From Rhina ancylostomus (taxonomy: Eukaryota), in the NCBI GenBank assembly GCA_030265395.1, contig JARFYF010000036.1, positions 29,654,382 through 29,718,381 of the forward strand: a DNA stretch of 64,000 nt, read 5' to 3'. Positions 12,901 to 28,300 of the stretch are shown here, piece after piece. Below the pieces are notes generated by a model that worked only from the letters and a program-made list of their open reading frames with translations, was not told where the DNA came from and ran no database searches. Position 1 is the first letter of the stretch, and every line of letters begins with the position of its first letter. The translations under genes and the position numbers were made by a program.

Positions 12901-15900
12901 TTGTAACGACCATATTTAGATTCTAATTTTAAATGTTTATTTTTTTAAATGGCAGGTATAAAGGGTACACACTAATATATTTTTGTGTTCTTGGATAGGT
13001 GGATCTAAAAGAAGCCAACATCTGGGTCCTTGCGATATCTATTTGGATGACCTACAAAAGCTGGATCCTAATATTGCAGCCCTGTATTTCCCTAAGAGGT
13101 ATTGTGATCAAAATGTGCAGATAGAAAATGAGCAGTTAACTGTACACTTCAAAGCAAGTCAGTAAAAAGATTCAGCAGACCCATAACAGAATAAATTAAT
13201 AAAGTACTTTTAATTATTAACTCAATTCTGCATGAAATCTATAAAGTAAGGAGATAAATTACAAGTCAAAAATATCAGAGCTGCTGAAGGGCACAGACAA
13301 GAATTATACAAGTTTTAGATATTCTTTACAACAATGAGGTCTGGAAAGTCCTCAAAATGCTTATCTTCAGTCTTATCCCATATTTATTTCTTTTGTAGAT
13401 TCCTTGAATATATTATTTATGGTGCTTTACATTTTATTAATTGTAGTAACATACACAACTAATGTTGAAGGTCCTGATGAAAGTTCTTGACCCGAAATGT
13501 CGACTGTCCATTTCCCTCCATAGATACTGCCTGACCTACTGAGTTCCTCCAGCATTTTATGTATGTTGTTCCAGATTCCAGCATCTGCAGAATATCTTGT
13601 GTCTCCGTAATTAGTTGTAGTGTTACTTAGTTTCAATACATCTGTAAAAACTGCTCCAAATTGTGATGCTGCGTGAGTCATGTGTAGTTTTACTGACCAA
13701 GATGGGTTCAGGCTAGGCATAGTTGATGGGTATTAGGGAGAACTCCCTATGCAGCTGCAAAATGTTCGGTGATGAAGTGCCTCATGGTCTATTATAGAGT
13801 TGAGATTATCTTCCTCCAGAAAGACATTTGTCAGTAGTTATTGTAACATGGAAAGCTTACAACTTCGTTTCAGAAAGGCATTAGCAAACTTAAATTGGCA
13901 ATGCTTACTAATTCCTTGGGAAAAGTTTGGGATGCCCTCCTTTACCCAGATTTTGATATTATCCCTCTTTATTGATCCTACAAGCAAATCGCATTCTTAA
14001 ATAGACTGTGAAGACAAAGTTACTTTCCAAACGTGAACCAGGAGAAAGTAAAAATTATAAAAGTTAAAGCTCTTTAAGATTCTTTAACTGAATGCATGTA
14101 GCGTTTTTAAAGGACTCGAGTTGATGGCACAAATGGTAACAGATGAGTTTGATTTAATAGCTATTACAGAGATAGAGTGCAGGGTGACCAGGGCTAGGAA
14201 GTCAGTTTTCTGGGTTATTCAGTGTTCCAAAAGAATAGGCAAAAGGAAAGTGTCAGTGTGGTGCTGAGTAGTGATGTGGATGCAGTTGATGGTGACATGG
14301 AATCAGTTTGGGTGGAAATAAAGAATATCAGATGAAAGAAGACACAGTATGAGTAGTCTACAGGCCCTCAAAGTGCTGCCTCTCAATAGGGCAAAGCATA
14401 AAGGGTGAAATATTAGAGGCATGTGAGAAGGAACCACAATTATCATGGGTGATTTTAATCTGCATTTTGACTGGACTAATCAAACTGGCAAGGCTACCAT
14501 AGAAGAGGAGTTTGTGGAGTGTGTCAGTGATTTTTTTGTTTCCAGAACAGTTAGTTATAAATCTCACTGGGAATACACTGCCTTAGATTTGGTCATCTGT
14601 AATTGGTTTATTATTGTCACATTTTCGAGAAAAGGTGAAAAGTTTTTGTATGCATTCCATACAGAAAGGTCATTCCATTACTTAAGTACTTCAAGGAAGT
14701 ACAAAAGGGAAATAAAACACAATGCAGAGTATAGTATTATAGTTAGAAAAAATTGCAGTACAGGTAGACGAATAAAGTGCAAGGGCCATGACAAGATAGA
14801 ATGTGTTCATCTTTACCATGTAAGAGGTTCGTTCAAGAGCCTTAAAACAGCAGGATAGATGCTGTCCTTGAGCCTGGCGGTGCTTGTTCTTAAGCTTTTG
14901 TCTCTTCTTCCTAATGGGAAGTGGGAGGAGAGAGAATGACCAGGGTGGGAGGGATCCTCGATAATGTTGGCTGCTTTCCTGAGGAAGCAGGAAGTATAGA
15001 CGGAGTCAATGGAGGGGTATAATAAGGTAGGATTAATAAAATATGTTATTGTTAAGGAACCCCTAGGAAATAGTGACCAAAATATAGCAGAATTCCAGAT
15101 GCAGTTTGAGAATGAACATCCCAGGTTTAAAGCCAGTGTCCTAAACTTAAATAAGGGCATTTACTGAGATATGAATGTAGAATTGTCTAGAGCAGACCGG
15201 ATAAATAAGCTCAGGGATAGGTCAATGGAAGAGCAGTAGCAGATATTTAAACAACCAGTTAATAATGCTCAGCAGTATTTTACCCCAGTTAGAAAGAAGC
15301 ATTTCATGGGAAGGATGAACCTTTCAAGGTTAACAAAGGAGGTCAAAGAAAATATTAAATCAATGCATACTGAGTGGTAAAGCAGAATTTTTCAAGAGCC
15401 AGTAGGGAGAGACTGAACAGGTTATGAGGAGGAAGAAAATTGATCAAGAGAAAACTGCCAAATAATATCAAAATAAACAAGACTTTCGATGGATATATGG
15501 AAAGGAAGAGGGTAGCTGAGATAAGTGTGGGATCCCTAAAGGGTGGAAATAGGGAATTAATAACAAGACACAGGAAATAGCAGATAACTTAAACCAATAC
15601 TATGCATTAGTTTTCACAACGGAGGAAACTGCAAATATCCCAAAGGTAATTCCAAAGGCCAGGAAAGTGAGTGAGAAATATTGGATCAGTCATGATCCTG
15701 TTGAATGGCAATATTGGCTGCATGGCCTACTCTTTTCCCTTTTCTGATAGTATTGTATAATCAAATTGCCTTGTAGTAATTTCACTGATTAATGTGTAAT
15801 TTGTCACTTCAGTCAAATATCTTAGTTATTTTCCTTTCTGCTGGTTCTAACTGTGTCTGTTTCCTTTTCAGTGAGCAGGATTCAGGTTCCAAACTCTTGA

Positions 15901-18900
15901 ATGAACCTGGTACACATTCAGAGTCCCAATCTCCACAATCAGTAGGAAGTGCAGCTGCAGATAGTGGCACGGAATATCTGTCCGATTCGGCTAGTGAGTT
16001 ACCTGATGTAACTCTCTCTCTGTGTGGTGGTCTCAGTGATAACAATGAGATATCCCAAGGTACAGTAAATTGGAGTGAAAATGCTAGCTCTAAGTGATTG
16101 ATTATTCATTGTTTATTTGACCTCTAATTTCTGGAGCTTGTATTTCAAGAATTTGGTGTTATTGTGGTTTGAACTGGAATGTGATCTACCTTGCCAAGTA
16201 TCACTTTTTTCAGTTCTTTTTGAAATGCCTTTAGCATGATGGTATTTAATTGTTATTACTTCATTACCTTCAGCTAGAATGATATGTACATGAACATGTA
16301 GAAAAAATTGTTCAGGTGCAAATGTGTTTTGCATGTTTTGCAGAGATAAAATTCTATTTTCATTTGCAGTTAATGCAAAAATCATCTCAACTATCAGGCT
16401 TGAAATATTTGGTTATTATCTGTATCACAGGGAAATTTGTCCAACATATGGTCACGTACCAAGATTTGGTGGAGAATCCTGGAATAATTGATGATCCAAA
16501 CCTCGTTATTGGTATCAATAAAAAGTAAGTTTACTAACTCCATATAAATATGAACTGAATGCGTGAGGCGTCTTCTTGTATTTTCACACTTCTCTTTTGA
16601 AATCTGGAGTAAAGTGTAGAACTTTCACAGTGTTTTAAACAAAAATTTTGCAAGTATGAGTATGCACATTTTGTTTAATTATTGATAAAATAAGACTTCA
16701 GGAAGTTTTGGAAATGTCAGAAGAAAATCTGCACAAATGATTTGGTGAGAAAAGGGGATTGTATCCAAAGTACTAATCCACCTTTGGTCTTCACTGTTGA
16801 TGATTGAACTATTGAACTGCTGCCTTTTCTTGATTTCCACATACCCCACACCCCCCCTCCCCAAACCAAGTTTTGTGTTAATGCAAATTGCAGGTATGTT
16901 TTTCAATGACATTATTCCATCCTGATATTGTCTTTCCCACAAAATTGATTTCTCTAATAGTTATGTCCTGTGATATTTATTTATTTGTAAGCTGTGCATT
17001 GTATAATCTGTGTGAAGAATTTGGACTAGTTTTAGGTAACACTAAATGGAAGCCAACGATTCCATAAATTCGTTCATCTTGGACATTGGGTTCTGAATAC
17101 AATTTTCAACACAACAATCAGAATACACATGGAACTTATAATTTAATTCTAATGTCAAAATTGCTGTAACAAAAAGTCATGTATTTTAAAATGGCCATTT
17201 AACAATGTAAGTAACTCAAAATGACGGACTGTTTTCTAGTGGAATATGTTTTTTAATGCCACCAGTACGTGCCTTTTAAACTGCTGCATCCAAAGTTAAA
17301 ACTTGAGGTAGCGTTAGTTTGATTTCATTTAAACAAAAAGATATCAACTGTAATGTCAACTGTAAAGTCTCAAGGCAAATAGTTTGCCAAGCTCCATGTG
17401 GAATAGGACAATTGTGGATACTTGTTTAGAGCATTGTCAAATTAAAATGTTTGAAGTACTTTGCACTAAACAATTTTGAAGTGAAGGAAAAATAAAATTC
17501 CCTAAAGGATATAGTTGGCATATTTTTAGTGACAAACTGGCGATTGCAAGCTGGCAAACCAAAGGTGAATGTATAAAATTAATTAATTTAGAAGTTTTGT
17601 TTTTAATATTGATAATACATTGCTGTATGTTTTGATGTTTCCCACAGGTATTACAACTGGGCTGTGGCTGCTCCCATGATCCTCTGCATTCAAGCCTTTC
17701 AGAAAAACTTACCCAAGGTATAGTTCTGTTACTTGCTGAGATTTTTTTGATTCATGTAAAAAAAAATCCTTAAGGCAGAATAGACGAGAGGGTCTAAGTT
17801 CTTACCATTGTCCCAATGAATTTTTCAATTAAGCAATTATGCACACCCTGTCATTAGATGATGGTTTCTCCTCCTGGGCCATTACCTCTAGTACCCTGTT
17901 TCACACCTCTGAACTCCATGTAACATCATCCAAAAACAGCGTCAGGTTCCACCTTGACATTCATCTCCCCAGCAATCTTTAACCTGTCAGTCTGCATGTC
18001 TGGTGTCTGGCACTGCATTAGCAGAAATTTTTTTCAAATAATGGGAAGACCAAAGCCAATAATTTGGACTGCTTCACAAGCTGTATTCTAGCTACCAATT
18101 CCATTCATGCCTTGGCAAAGGTCTAAACCAGAAGATTATTGTGTGTGTCTGCCTGAGGTTTCTTTCTTTATTGGCTCTAAGCCATGCCCCAATATTTTAA
18201 AGATGCTAGAAATCTAGCAGACTGTGATGTTTTAGTTCTGTTGAAAAGTCATTAGTTTGAAACATCAACTTTTTTTCTCTTTCCATAGATGCTGCCTAAT
18301 CTGCTGAGTATATCCAGCACTTTCTGTTTTTATTTTAGGTGTGTTCTAGTCATAACATTCTCAAGAATATTTCCTAGATGACCTGAAACTCAAATAATGT
18401 TGCTTGAAGTTTTTAATATCTATTTTGTGAACTCGAACATTTTTACAATGCATCCTCAGATGCAATTCTCAAGGCAGATTAACTGGAAGTTTTGAAAAAC
18501 ATTTTTTATGATAAATTCTCTAACCTACTCAAATAGAACATGTTGTAACATTTCAAACTGTGCTCTGTTCCGTAGTGTTATTTCCTGCTATAATAAATTA
18601 TTGAGGTCTCATCAGGATAGCATTTATGGACAAAAAGATATAAAAATATGGTGCATTAATGTTGGATGTTAGTAGTTTAAATCTTGCTGCTTGATTCTCA
18701 ATGGAATGCATCTTTTTTAGGCTACGATTGATAAATTAGTAAAAGAAAAGATGCCAAAAAAGACTGGTGGCTGGTGGTTCTCCTGGCGCAGAAAAAATGC
18801 TGCAGTGAAGGAGGTATGTTTCTTCACACCTTTATTTAAAAACAAAACAAAAAAGAGACGCGGGAGTAGGCCACACAGCCTCTCAAGCTTACTCTGCCTT

Positions 18901-21900
18901 ATGATTCGACCTCAACGGATCTGATCTTCAGCCTCAACTCCATTTTCTTATCCAGTCCCAATAATCTTTGATTGACCTTTAGACAGTTTTTTTAAAGAGA
19001 GATCAATCTTAAAACAAAATCTGATGACTTGATGTTCACATTTCTGAGGTGAAGAATTGAAAGGATTCACAGACATCCAGGAGCAGAAGTTCCTTCTCAG
19101 CTCTGTGCTATGTGGTCAATTCCTTATCCTTATCCTGCCCCTAAGTTTTAGGCCACCCACCAGAGGAAGCACCCACATTAGCATTTGCCCTTCAGAATGT
19201 AATGCCTTTCAATAAGATCACCTCTCATGCTTCTTCTGAACTTCAGAAAGTACAGGCCCATTTGCTTAATCTTTCCTCATGAGACAGCTGTCATCCCTGG
19301 GATTAAACTAGTGCTGTGTCTCCAAGGCAAGTATATCTTTTGTTAGATAAGAGTACCTAATCTGTTCACAGTCCTTCGGGTGTAGTCTCAGTAAAGCCCT
19401 GAAGTGTTGCAGCAAGACTTCTTGTACTCTATTTTCCATGCAATAAGGAGAACATTCCATTTGCCTGCTTAAATATTTGGTGTAGTTGTGTGTGCTAATT
19501 TTGTCTTGTATGAGGAGATATCTCTCTGAATACTGATATTTCACCAATTAAATAATAATCTTTGTAAAATAGTTAACCTCAAATTTCCCCTTGTTTTTCT
19601 ATCCACTTACTTAACATGCCTATACCCCTTCCTTTGTTTTACACAGTTCAGAATTGTAAATGAATCAATAATTAAAACTAGACAACAAAGTTGATGGGAT
19701 TACTACAACTGCAAATCTGTTTCGAGTTACATAACCTTGATTTAAAGTCTTTTGGACAGCTTTTATTGATAAACCGAGTGTAGATTTTGATTAATTTCAG
19801 AAAGAATCTTTACAAATGGAATTACCAAATAAAGAAGGTGATACATAGCAAAAAGAGAACTTCTGTATAAAATTGTGGTAGATATTTGAGTTTTTTGATA
19901 TATGTAAGGTATAGGCTGACTAATTCACTCCTATGGTAGTTTTACTGCAGCATGGTTTAGCTTTTATAGACATACAAAGTTTTAATTATTAATTATTTTA
20001 TTTTTAGCCAGAATCCACTATCAAAAAGGGTGAAGATCAAAGTCAAACAGGAGAAGCTAAACAATCTGGCTTACTGGAAGGTTGCAGGTAATGTTCAAGT
20101 GCCAGCTTTTCCACAGACTTTACAAAAGCTCAGTTTTGATTATATGGATCTTGCTTTAAAATGTAAATTAACTCGTATCTGGTCTTTACATAATCCTTTG
20201 ACAAATACAAATCAGTTTTTAGGTGTAAATATAACTTGTATCTGATCATTACTAAATCCTTTAACAAATATAAATTGCCACAAGTGTCAAACAGGAAGCG
20301 CCATCCAGCTTTTTAACACGTACAGACAAAAGCGCACAAAAATATGATAAGCTTTTAAAAAATGATCAGTTGGTTATTGATAATTCCTGTAAATTAACTG
20401 ATTACATTTCAGGATTTTGATCATGTCGTTCACTTAGCACCTACCAATGTTAAGAATAGAATTTAATGAAATTGGTCTTAGCATTATCTGCAAGTGTATA
20501 AGTGGCAGCAATGTTAGAATTGTCAAATTATATAGATGTTGGCTTTGGAATGGGTGCAGTTTATATTGACCAGAATTACACTTAAATTTCTGATTTATAA
20601 AGGCGTCTTTTGAATAAATATCTTGCCGTGATCATGAATTCTGTAAGGTACTAATAAGGAATAATTATTTCTTTGGCGGGAGAATACAGAACTAGAGGGC
20701 CTAAGTTTAAATTAAGGAGTGAAATTTCAAACTGTTGCTGCACCCACCGCGCCCCCCCCACCCCGAAATAAATGTGTTAGTGTTCTGTGAGGATAAGGAC
20801 CTAAGGTGGTTGAGAGGGAATGAGATACTCATGAGCCATGATCCAACTAGACACTAGATCTCCGGGTGAAGATTTGCACTCCTTTGGGATGAACCACAAG
20901 TTTGAGCAGTCCCCTCAGTTTTTTTCTGGTACACAATCTGGTTTGTTGTCCAATGTCTGTTTCTACACACTGATGTTTTGCATTTTGACACCATATAAGC
21001 TTTTGTCAGCTGGTGATTTTACATGTAATGATCATGTTGTATACATACTAATTTATACCTGTTTCTATGTACATGTTATAAGAAACCTGGGTGTCACTGC
21101 TTTAATTGTTGCCATTTAATAATTTTTTTCCTGCTTTATGGACAGGCGTAAGGAAGAACTAACATCAAGTGATGATGACTTCAGTACTATTAAGGACCGT
21201 CCAAAGCCAATTTCTAAATGTCGAGATTCACCTTGTCTGAGCAGTACTGCTACATACAAAAAATCCTTAAGATTGTCCACTGAAAAACTGGTAAGAAAAT
21301 AGTTGTGCAGAGATCTAAGAACTATATTATATCTTAAGCCAGAAATAAAGTATAGTCTGTTTTTTAATATTTGGTGTAATCTGTAAGGTTGATAAAACAG
21401 TTTGGATGAATAAAGAAACTTGGATTTATGATTTGTGTTTCACAACTTCAGAGCATTCCAAACTGCTTCACAAACAAATATTTCTGAAAGTTAGACACTA
21501 TTGTAATTTGGAGAAAAGCAGCAGCAAATTTGCACACATCAATGTTTGACGAACAGTATTGAGATAATTGGACTATGCTTTTCAAGTAAGCAAGTGGGTT
21601 GTTCTGCATGTTATGAACCAGCAACAAAAGAAACACACCGAGTCATGTATAAGCGTTTAAAAACTATTTCATTAATAACCTCTTATGATGATAAGAAAAA
21701 TAAAAGTAAAAATGTTACAATGTTAGAAGTCAAAATGTTAGATCTTAAACATTACCCCCAAAAACTAAACTCGAAGTGTGTGTGTGGCAACTTCCCAAAC
21801 TCACAAGTCTAGGAATAGTTCTCACAGTTCAGTTCAGCAAGCCATAAGGTGAAACATGAGCAAAGGCTTCTTCAAAACCACTGTTGACTGAAGACAAAAC

Positions 21901-24900
21901 GTAGAAAGAAAATAGAGACATTACAAAATCCAAATGTTCCATGATGGAACCCATATGACACTTCAATGTCTACTCAGCAGTGACTACTCCACTGCTTAGT
22001 TTCGAAACATCTGGCACCCTGAAAGGCATTTGAATTGTGGCCGTCCACACAAATACCTGTTTCCCACTACAGGTTAACGACAAAGTGGACTCCACTGGAT
22101 TATTCCAAAAATGCATACGTGGATTGTGGTGACAGACACAGTTACTGTTTTTCATCCATCGATACAGAGACCAGCAGGCCGGTGTCCCTGCACCCCCCGC
22201 CCCCCACCGACTGACTCCGACTGTCTGCTCCAAAACGTCATTATTTCCTTACCTCCTGTTGTTGTCGTCATGACGCTCCCGCACATGCACACACTCTGCT
22301 GTGCTCTATTTTAAAGGGACATTCACCAACAGTAACCTCATCTGTAACATGCATATGTACCTAAATCCTATACTGAAGTGTCAATTTAGATAGATGTCAG
22401 AAGTGGGTCTTGAACCTGAGGGCGTGTCTTTTGCTTTGGGAATATTGGTGAGGCTAACAGCACTTAATATGTTTATTGAATAAATCAGAGAGGAGCTTTT
22501 AGGCAAAATTGGAGAGCCATGTTCTGAGTTTGTGTACGTACAATTATATGCAGAAACCTGGAACTTTTCATTCCAAAATTTTACTTAGTGCTAGAGGTAT
22601 AAAATCAATACTTTGACTGTTTTATTCCTTTCTCTTCTATCTTTCCTCAATCCATATTTTGCTGTTTATTTATAATTTAACTTTAATTTATTCTTACTTT
22701 ATATATTGTTTTGTTGAGACTCATTGGCTATGTATTGGCTTGGGGATGGAGGTACCTTGAAGTGGAAAACTTGGATGTGTGGACTTTAAGAATGCCAAGT
22801 TACTTTTCTGTCACTTTTCCAAATCTGCTTAAGCAGTCTCCTGGCATTGAGAATAACTTGCTGCATCTCCAGTTTTGCAGGTTATAAGCCAGCCAATGAG
22901 GCCAGTGTTGGAATGCTTTGTTCTAACAGCATTGCTGATGTGCCTCATGATTTACAGCTCCTGTACTGGCTTCCAATTTTTGTAAAACAAAATAACTGCT
23001 CATGAAACTTGTGCATTTACATTGAGTCACCAACACAATAATGAATTTATGAAACTTAGCAGCCTTGAAACATTGGCAAGTTGGACTTTTTTTCTGGTTA
23101 AGCAGTTTAGTCAGTAGGCACTTCATTGCTNNNNNNNNNNNNNNNNNNNNNNNNNNTACAGTATTGGATTATTCTCCATTTATTTGTTTCTTTATTCTCT
23201 ATAGCGTAGCCTGAATCTGAAAGATGGTCCAAATAATGCTGTGTTCAGTGTGACAACTCAGTATCAGGGAACCTGTAGATGTGAAGGTACCATTTATCTC
23301 TGGAACTGGGATGATAAGGTTATAATATCTGATATTGATGGGACAATAACAAAGTAAGTCTGCCTATATTTGTTATTTTTGCTGGTTTGTATTTGTAAAC
23401 TGGATTTGTAACTTAATAGAAATTTACAGATTGATTGATGATTGAGTTTTGCTTTTGAGGTAATGTGAGAACAAAGTGGAATAATTCATGAAACATACTC
23501 TAAGGTATTGAAAATAAAGCTGGCTGCTTACTCAATAAACAGTGAAGCATAAATCCATGCATCTGTTAATTGCTCACTTCTTTGAACAAGTTGTTAAGTA
23601 TCCTGGTTAAGTGTGCATCGATTCAAAGCTGTGCACATCCTTACATTTTCATAGCCTGTGTTGGAGAACTCGCTCATCTGAATTTACAAATTTGGATTTT
23701 TCCAGCCCAGTGCCTGTGAGAAGAAAATAACTTGTATCTACATTGCACTGTGTTCAGAGATGCCCTAACCATTGTATTAATAACTCTGCTTAAAGGTGCA
23801 TAGACATGGATAAACCATAATATTTCTGAGCTGTTGGTTGGGAAATCTAACAATCTATTTTAATAGCAGACCATCACTTAGATTTTATTTTCATTAGCAA
23901 ATGCCACTAGTTTTAATTATCCCTACAGCCATCCACAAACATGTTATGAGCTTTTGCACTGTAACTTGAGATAATTAGAAATCTGAAACTACATCTGTGG
24001 AAAGAGTTAACGAGTTAAGAGTGACCCTTTGTCACAATTGAAAAGGAAAGAAGATAACTTGGTATCAGGCGGCTGGGAGAGTTAGGGAATGGATAGAACT
24101 CTGATCAGGTTGCCCTGGGGATAAGCTTTAAATTAGATCATCTGGCTGGCCTTGAGGACATACTCCTTTATTTATATCAGCTATGAAATGTGGCAGTGAA
24201 AGAATAAGAACTCAGACATAGGAACATAAGAGTTGCAGCCTAGCTGGTCAGACTGTCTAAATGGAAAGAGAAAAATTGATCCTGTTGTGATACATGCATG
24301 CCTTGATCCCCATTTCTAGCTTTGCTATTGTGCAAAGTACAAAGAAGACTATTCATGTACAGAAATATGAAGAGCAACTATAAAAATTGTTTTCTCTCTT
24401 TTCCAGTTCTGACAGAGGATCTTCAGCTTGAAATGTTAATTCTTCTCTTTCCACAAAAGCTGCCTGACTTCCTGAATATATCCAACATTTTCTGCTTTTA
24501 TTTTGTATTTTAAAAAAACTCATTAGTTTTTCAGTAGAATGGTTTAACAAAAAGATTTTGGTTTCTCTGCAAAGAAAAGCTAGGAATGCTGGAAACTATT
24601 TTAACTCATCCTGATAAATTCCATTTCTATTTCTGAAATGGAAGTTCTACATCAAGCCATATCCAGGCAATTTATGTTTTGGTCAAATGGTTTATAAACT
24701 TGAATGTAGTTGAATGTTGCATTGAGTGTACAGGTTAAATACCAATGATTTTGTTTTCTTCCAGGTCCGATGCTTTGGGTCATATTTTGCCACAACTGGG
24801 AAAGGACTGGACTCACCAGGGGATTGCAAAACTGTACCATAAGATACACCAGTATGTTTTATTTGTTCATTCGACAAAGTAGGAAATTATGAATTGTTGG

Positions 24901-27900
24901 TTGCTTCCAATAATTAGCATTTCTCATTGAAGTATAGTTCCTTGAGAGGTGTTGGGGCTTCTCTGCTGTTCAGGTAAGGTGTTAAATGATTTGGGGCCAC
25001 ACTCAAATGGTTGCCCATATGACTCTGTAATCTCTATCGGCATAATAACCGACCTGTGATGCTGTGAGGATATTTCCCTGATGGGGAGTGTGGTACTAGG
25101 GAGCATTGTCTGAGTATAAGAAGTTGACCACGAGACTGAGATATGAAGGAATTACTAGTCTGAGGGTTTTAAATCTATAAAATGCTTTACTCTAAAGAGT
25201 TGTGGGTGCTAATTAAGTGTATTCAAAGCTAAGATATTTTTGATAATAGTTACAGGAATTGGGGAGAAAAGTAGATTTCAGTCAGTCACCAATTGAACGG
25301 TATTGAATCATATTGAATGGCAAAGCAGGCTTGAGGGGTCATGGACTCTAATCCCGCAATTTCTGTTGCCCTTTTTAGAGGACCACTGTGGTGCAAAATT
25401 AAAACACATTTAAATTTGACCCATCCTGACCATCGCCAAGCTTAAGCTCCAATATTTTACCTTACTCAACCCAACCTGTAACATTTATAAATAAAACCAT
25501 CGTTCCCAGACGCTGATACAGAGTCACATTTGACATCCTCTGCTGAAAAGGCACTCCAAGCCTGGTGAACTCCCGCATCCATCTTCCTGTTTGACTATGG
25601 CACCACTGAGCTTGAAGCTGATGTTCAATTCTGGACAACATTCCTCATCCACTTCCTTGCCCCTGCGCTGATACTGAGTCAAACTTGAAATCAACACCTG
25701 AAGAGCACCGTCCTATACTTTGTGTCTTGCTAATGTTGCCATTGACTGACGCTGAGTTGACCTGAATAAGGGAATAATTCTGAGGCAGGCCGGCATGGCA
25801 TTCCACAGCCTAGACCCATTATACTCCACCCCAAATGTTTGAGCAGAACATAGACACAACTGAGTCTGGCCCTGACACACAAGGTCAGACCCTGTTACCC
25901 TTGGATGGGGTAGGCAGGTTCTAGTTCTTCTGTCTTTATGATATCGCATTTCTCTACCATGTCTCATTAAATCTTATTGAAACTTTCATTTGGAATGGGT
26001 GCACTCAAAAATTAGTACTCTGGTCACTCTCCTTCCTCGCACATACTGTAAACTTCATCTGTACCAAGACGTTGCTGGCCGGATGCCAATTCATTCCTAT
26101 GATCTCTGCCCATGTCCTTATTTTCCAATCTTTCCATGGCTTTGCTCTGTTCCATTTCTGTGAGCTCTTTGCACTCTACAATCTTCCAAGATTTCTGTGC
26201 TGCTTCCCATTTTGACTTCTGCATTCACTCCATCTTTGGTTGGCATGCCACTATTTGATGAGCCCTCAGTTCTGAAATTCTGCGCCTTAATCTCATACCT
26301 TTTAAGCTTTTGATCTTTGGTCAGCCTTAAAATGGCTCCCCTTTGACAAAGCGATTGGTTGGTTACCCTAATACCTCATCATGGTCATGATCTAATGAAG
26401 TTACTGACCTTGTGAAGCAGAGGTCTGGACCGGTGATCCTGAGACATGGATTCAAGATCACAGAAGTTATGTATTTCGGGAAGGCACAAAACAAAAATCA
26501 ACAAAAAATATCAGCTTTGTTTAAAAAGTATCATTTGCCATTTTTGCAAACCTGTCAGAAACCTGGTAATTGTATCGGTATGAAATTCATTTGCTATGAA
26601 TTTAATACGCAAGTGAGGTTGAATTTTCTAACAGATAATTGGAAGCAAGAATGAGATTCATTTTATGCACAATCCAGATATCATTGATTCTACCAGCAGA
26701 TGGAGTTAGTGTATTGTTTTCAATGATGGATGAACAGTTCAAGATTAAGCAACGGCATGGTATTTGCAATCTGTGAAAAGCCATCTTCTCACATTGCTGA
26801 CCCATGAGAAAAGACTGTACCTTGTTCCTCCTGTGAGATCTTGTTAATACCTTCAATTGGAAATCCAAAGTTAGTCTTGCTTGCAAAACGTCAGAGAAAA
26901 CTAAGTGACTAAGCCTTATCTTAGCCTAGATGGATATCAGGGCTGTCAAAAACATATAAAAGATCTGATATTCAGAAATACTCAAGAACATTTGATTATT
27001 AATGATTAATCAAGTTAAAGACGACTCATGAACAGACCTCTCGTGTGCTTAAAGATGAATTGATCTCCCAGTCTATCTCATTGTGGCCCTTGCACTTTAT
27101 TTGTCTATCTGCACTGCACTTTCTCTGTAACTGCAGCACCAATTCTGCATTTTTTTAAATACCTCAATATACTTGCGTATGGCATGATCTGTCTGGATGG
27201 CACACAAACATCACTATCTCGGTACATGTGATAATAAACAAATATCAATACCAACCACCAGTGTGAACCTGGGAAATTTCAAAAAGACTAACCTCTTTGA
27301 ACCTGTCAGCATCTGAACAAGGGATCGCTGGCCACACCCAGCAATTCCATGTAATGTTACTGACATTTCCAAACAACTTCTATATATTTTGTATTGGCTC
27401 TGCTAATGATTTCAGTAAAGTTTGTGAGCTGCATTTGTATCATTGAAGTCTGATGTGTTCAACTGCTGATAATATTAATCTATAATTTGATGACTGGATG
27501 TTTTCCTGTAGAGGCAGCATTAATTTTTCTGTACTCAATGGATAAAGTTCAGAATGCCTACAAACTCAAACTTTAATATCAGCAAATGATCTTCGCCTTC
27601 TCCTAATTCAATGTTTTTTCTTGTGCTAATGACAATTATTTAGTAATTACATTTAAGCATTTGGAATAATACAGTATTTGAATCTTTACAGTTCAAATCC
27701 ACTAATTCATTAGTTCAGCATAAATGAATAAATTATCAGAATTGACTCAATTCACTTGTCTCTGAGATGGTTTCTAATTTGGTTTGCTGATGTAACGCTG
27801 CATTTAAATTGTAAGATGCTTGAAGTGAAGTTTGACAAATTATGTGCATTTGGAATATATATCATTTATTCTTAATATATTTATTTCAGTGAATGTTACG

Positions 27901-28261
27901 TTAAAGTATTTTGCCCTGATTTGAAATCCTCAGACTAAACTGGTAAATTTATTGGAATTATATCCACTTTATTAAATGTTCTGACCACAAAATAAATTGT
28001 GGTAATGGTCTTTATACAAGATCCAAGTGAAGAATACCATTATAATTGATATTACTTGGCCTTTATACAGGAATGGCTACAAATTTCTTTACTGCTCTGC
28101 CCGTGCAATAGGAATGGCAGATATAACCAGAGGATACTTGCACTGGGTTAATGACAGAGGTACTGTACTTCCTAGAGGACCCCTGCTACTGGCTCCTAGT
28201 AGTTTAATTTCAGCATTACACAGGTAATGATTTGTCTTTTTTAAAAAAATGTGTGTGTGTG

Positions 28262-28300
<39 letters not shown>

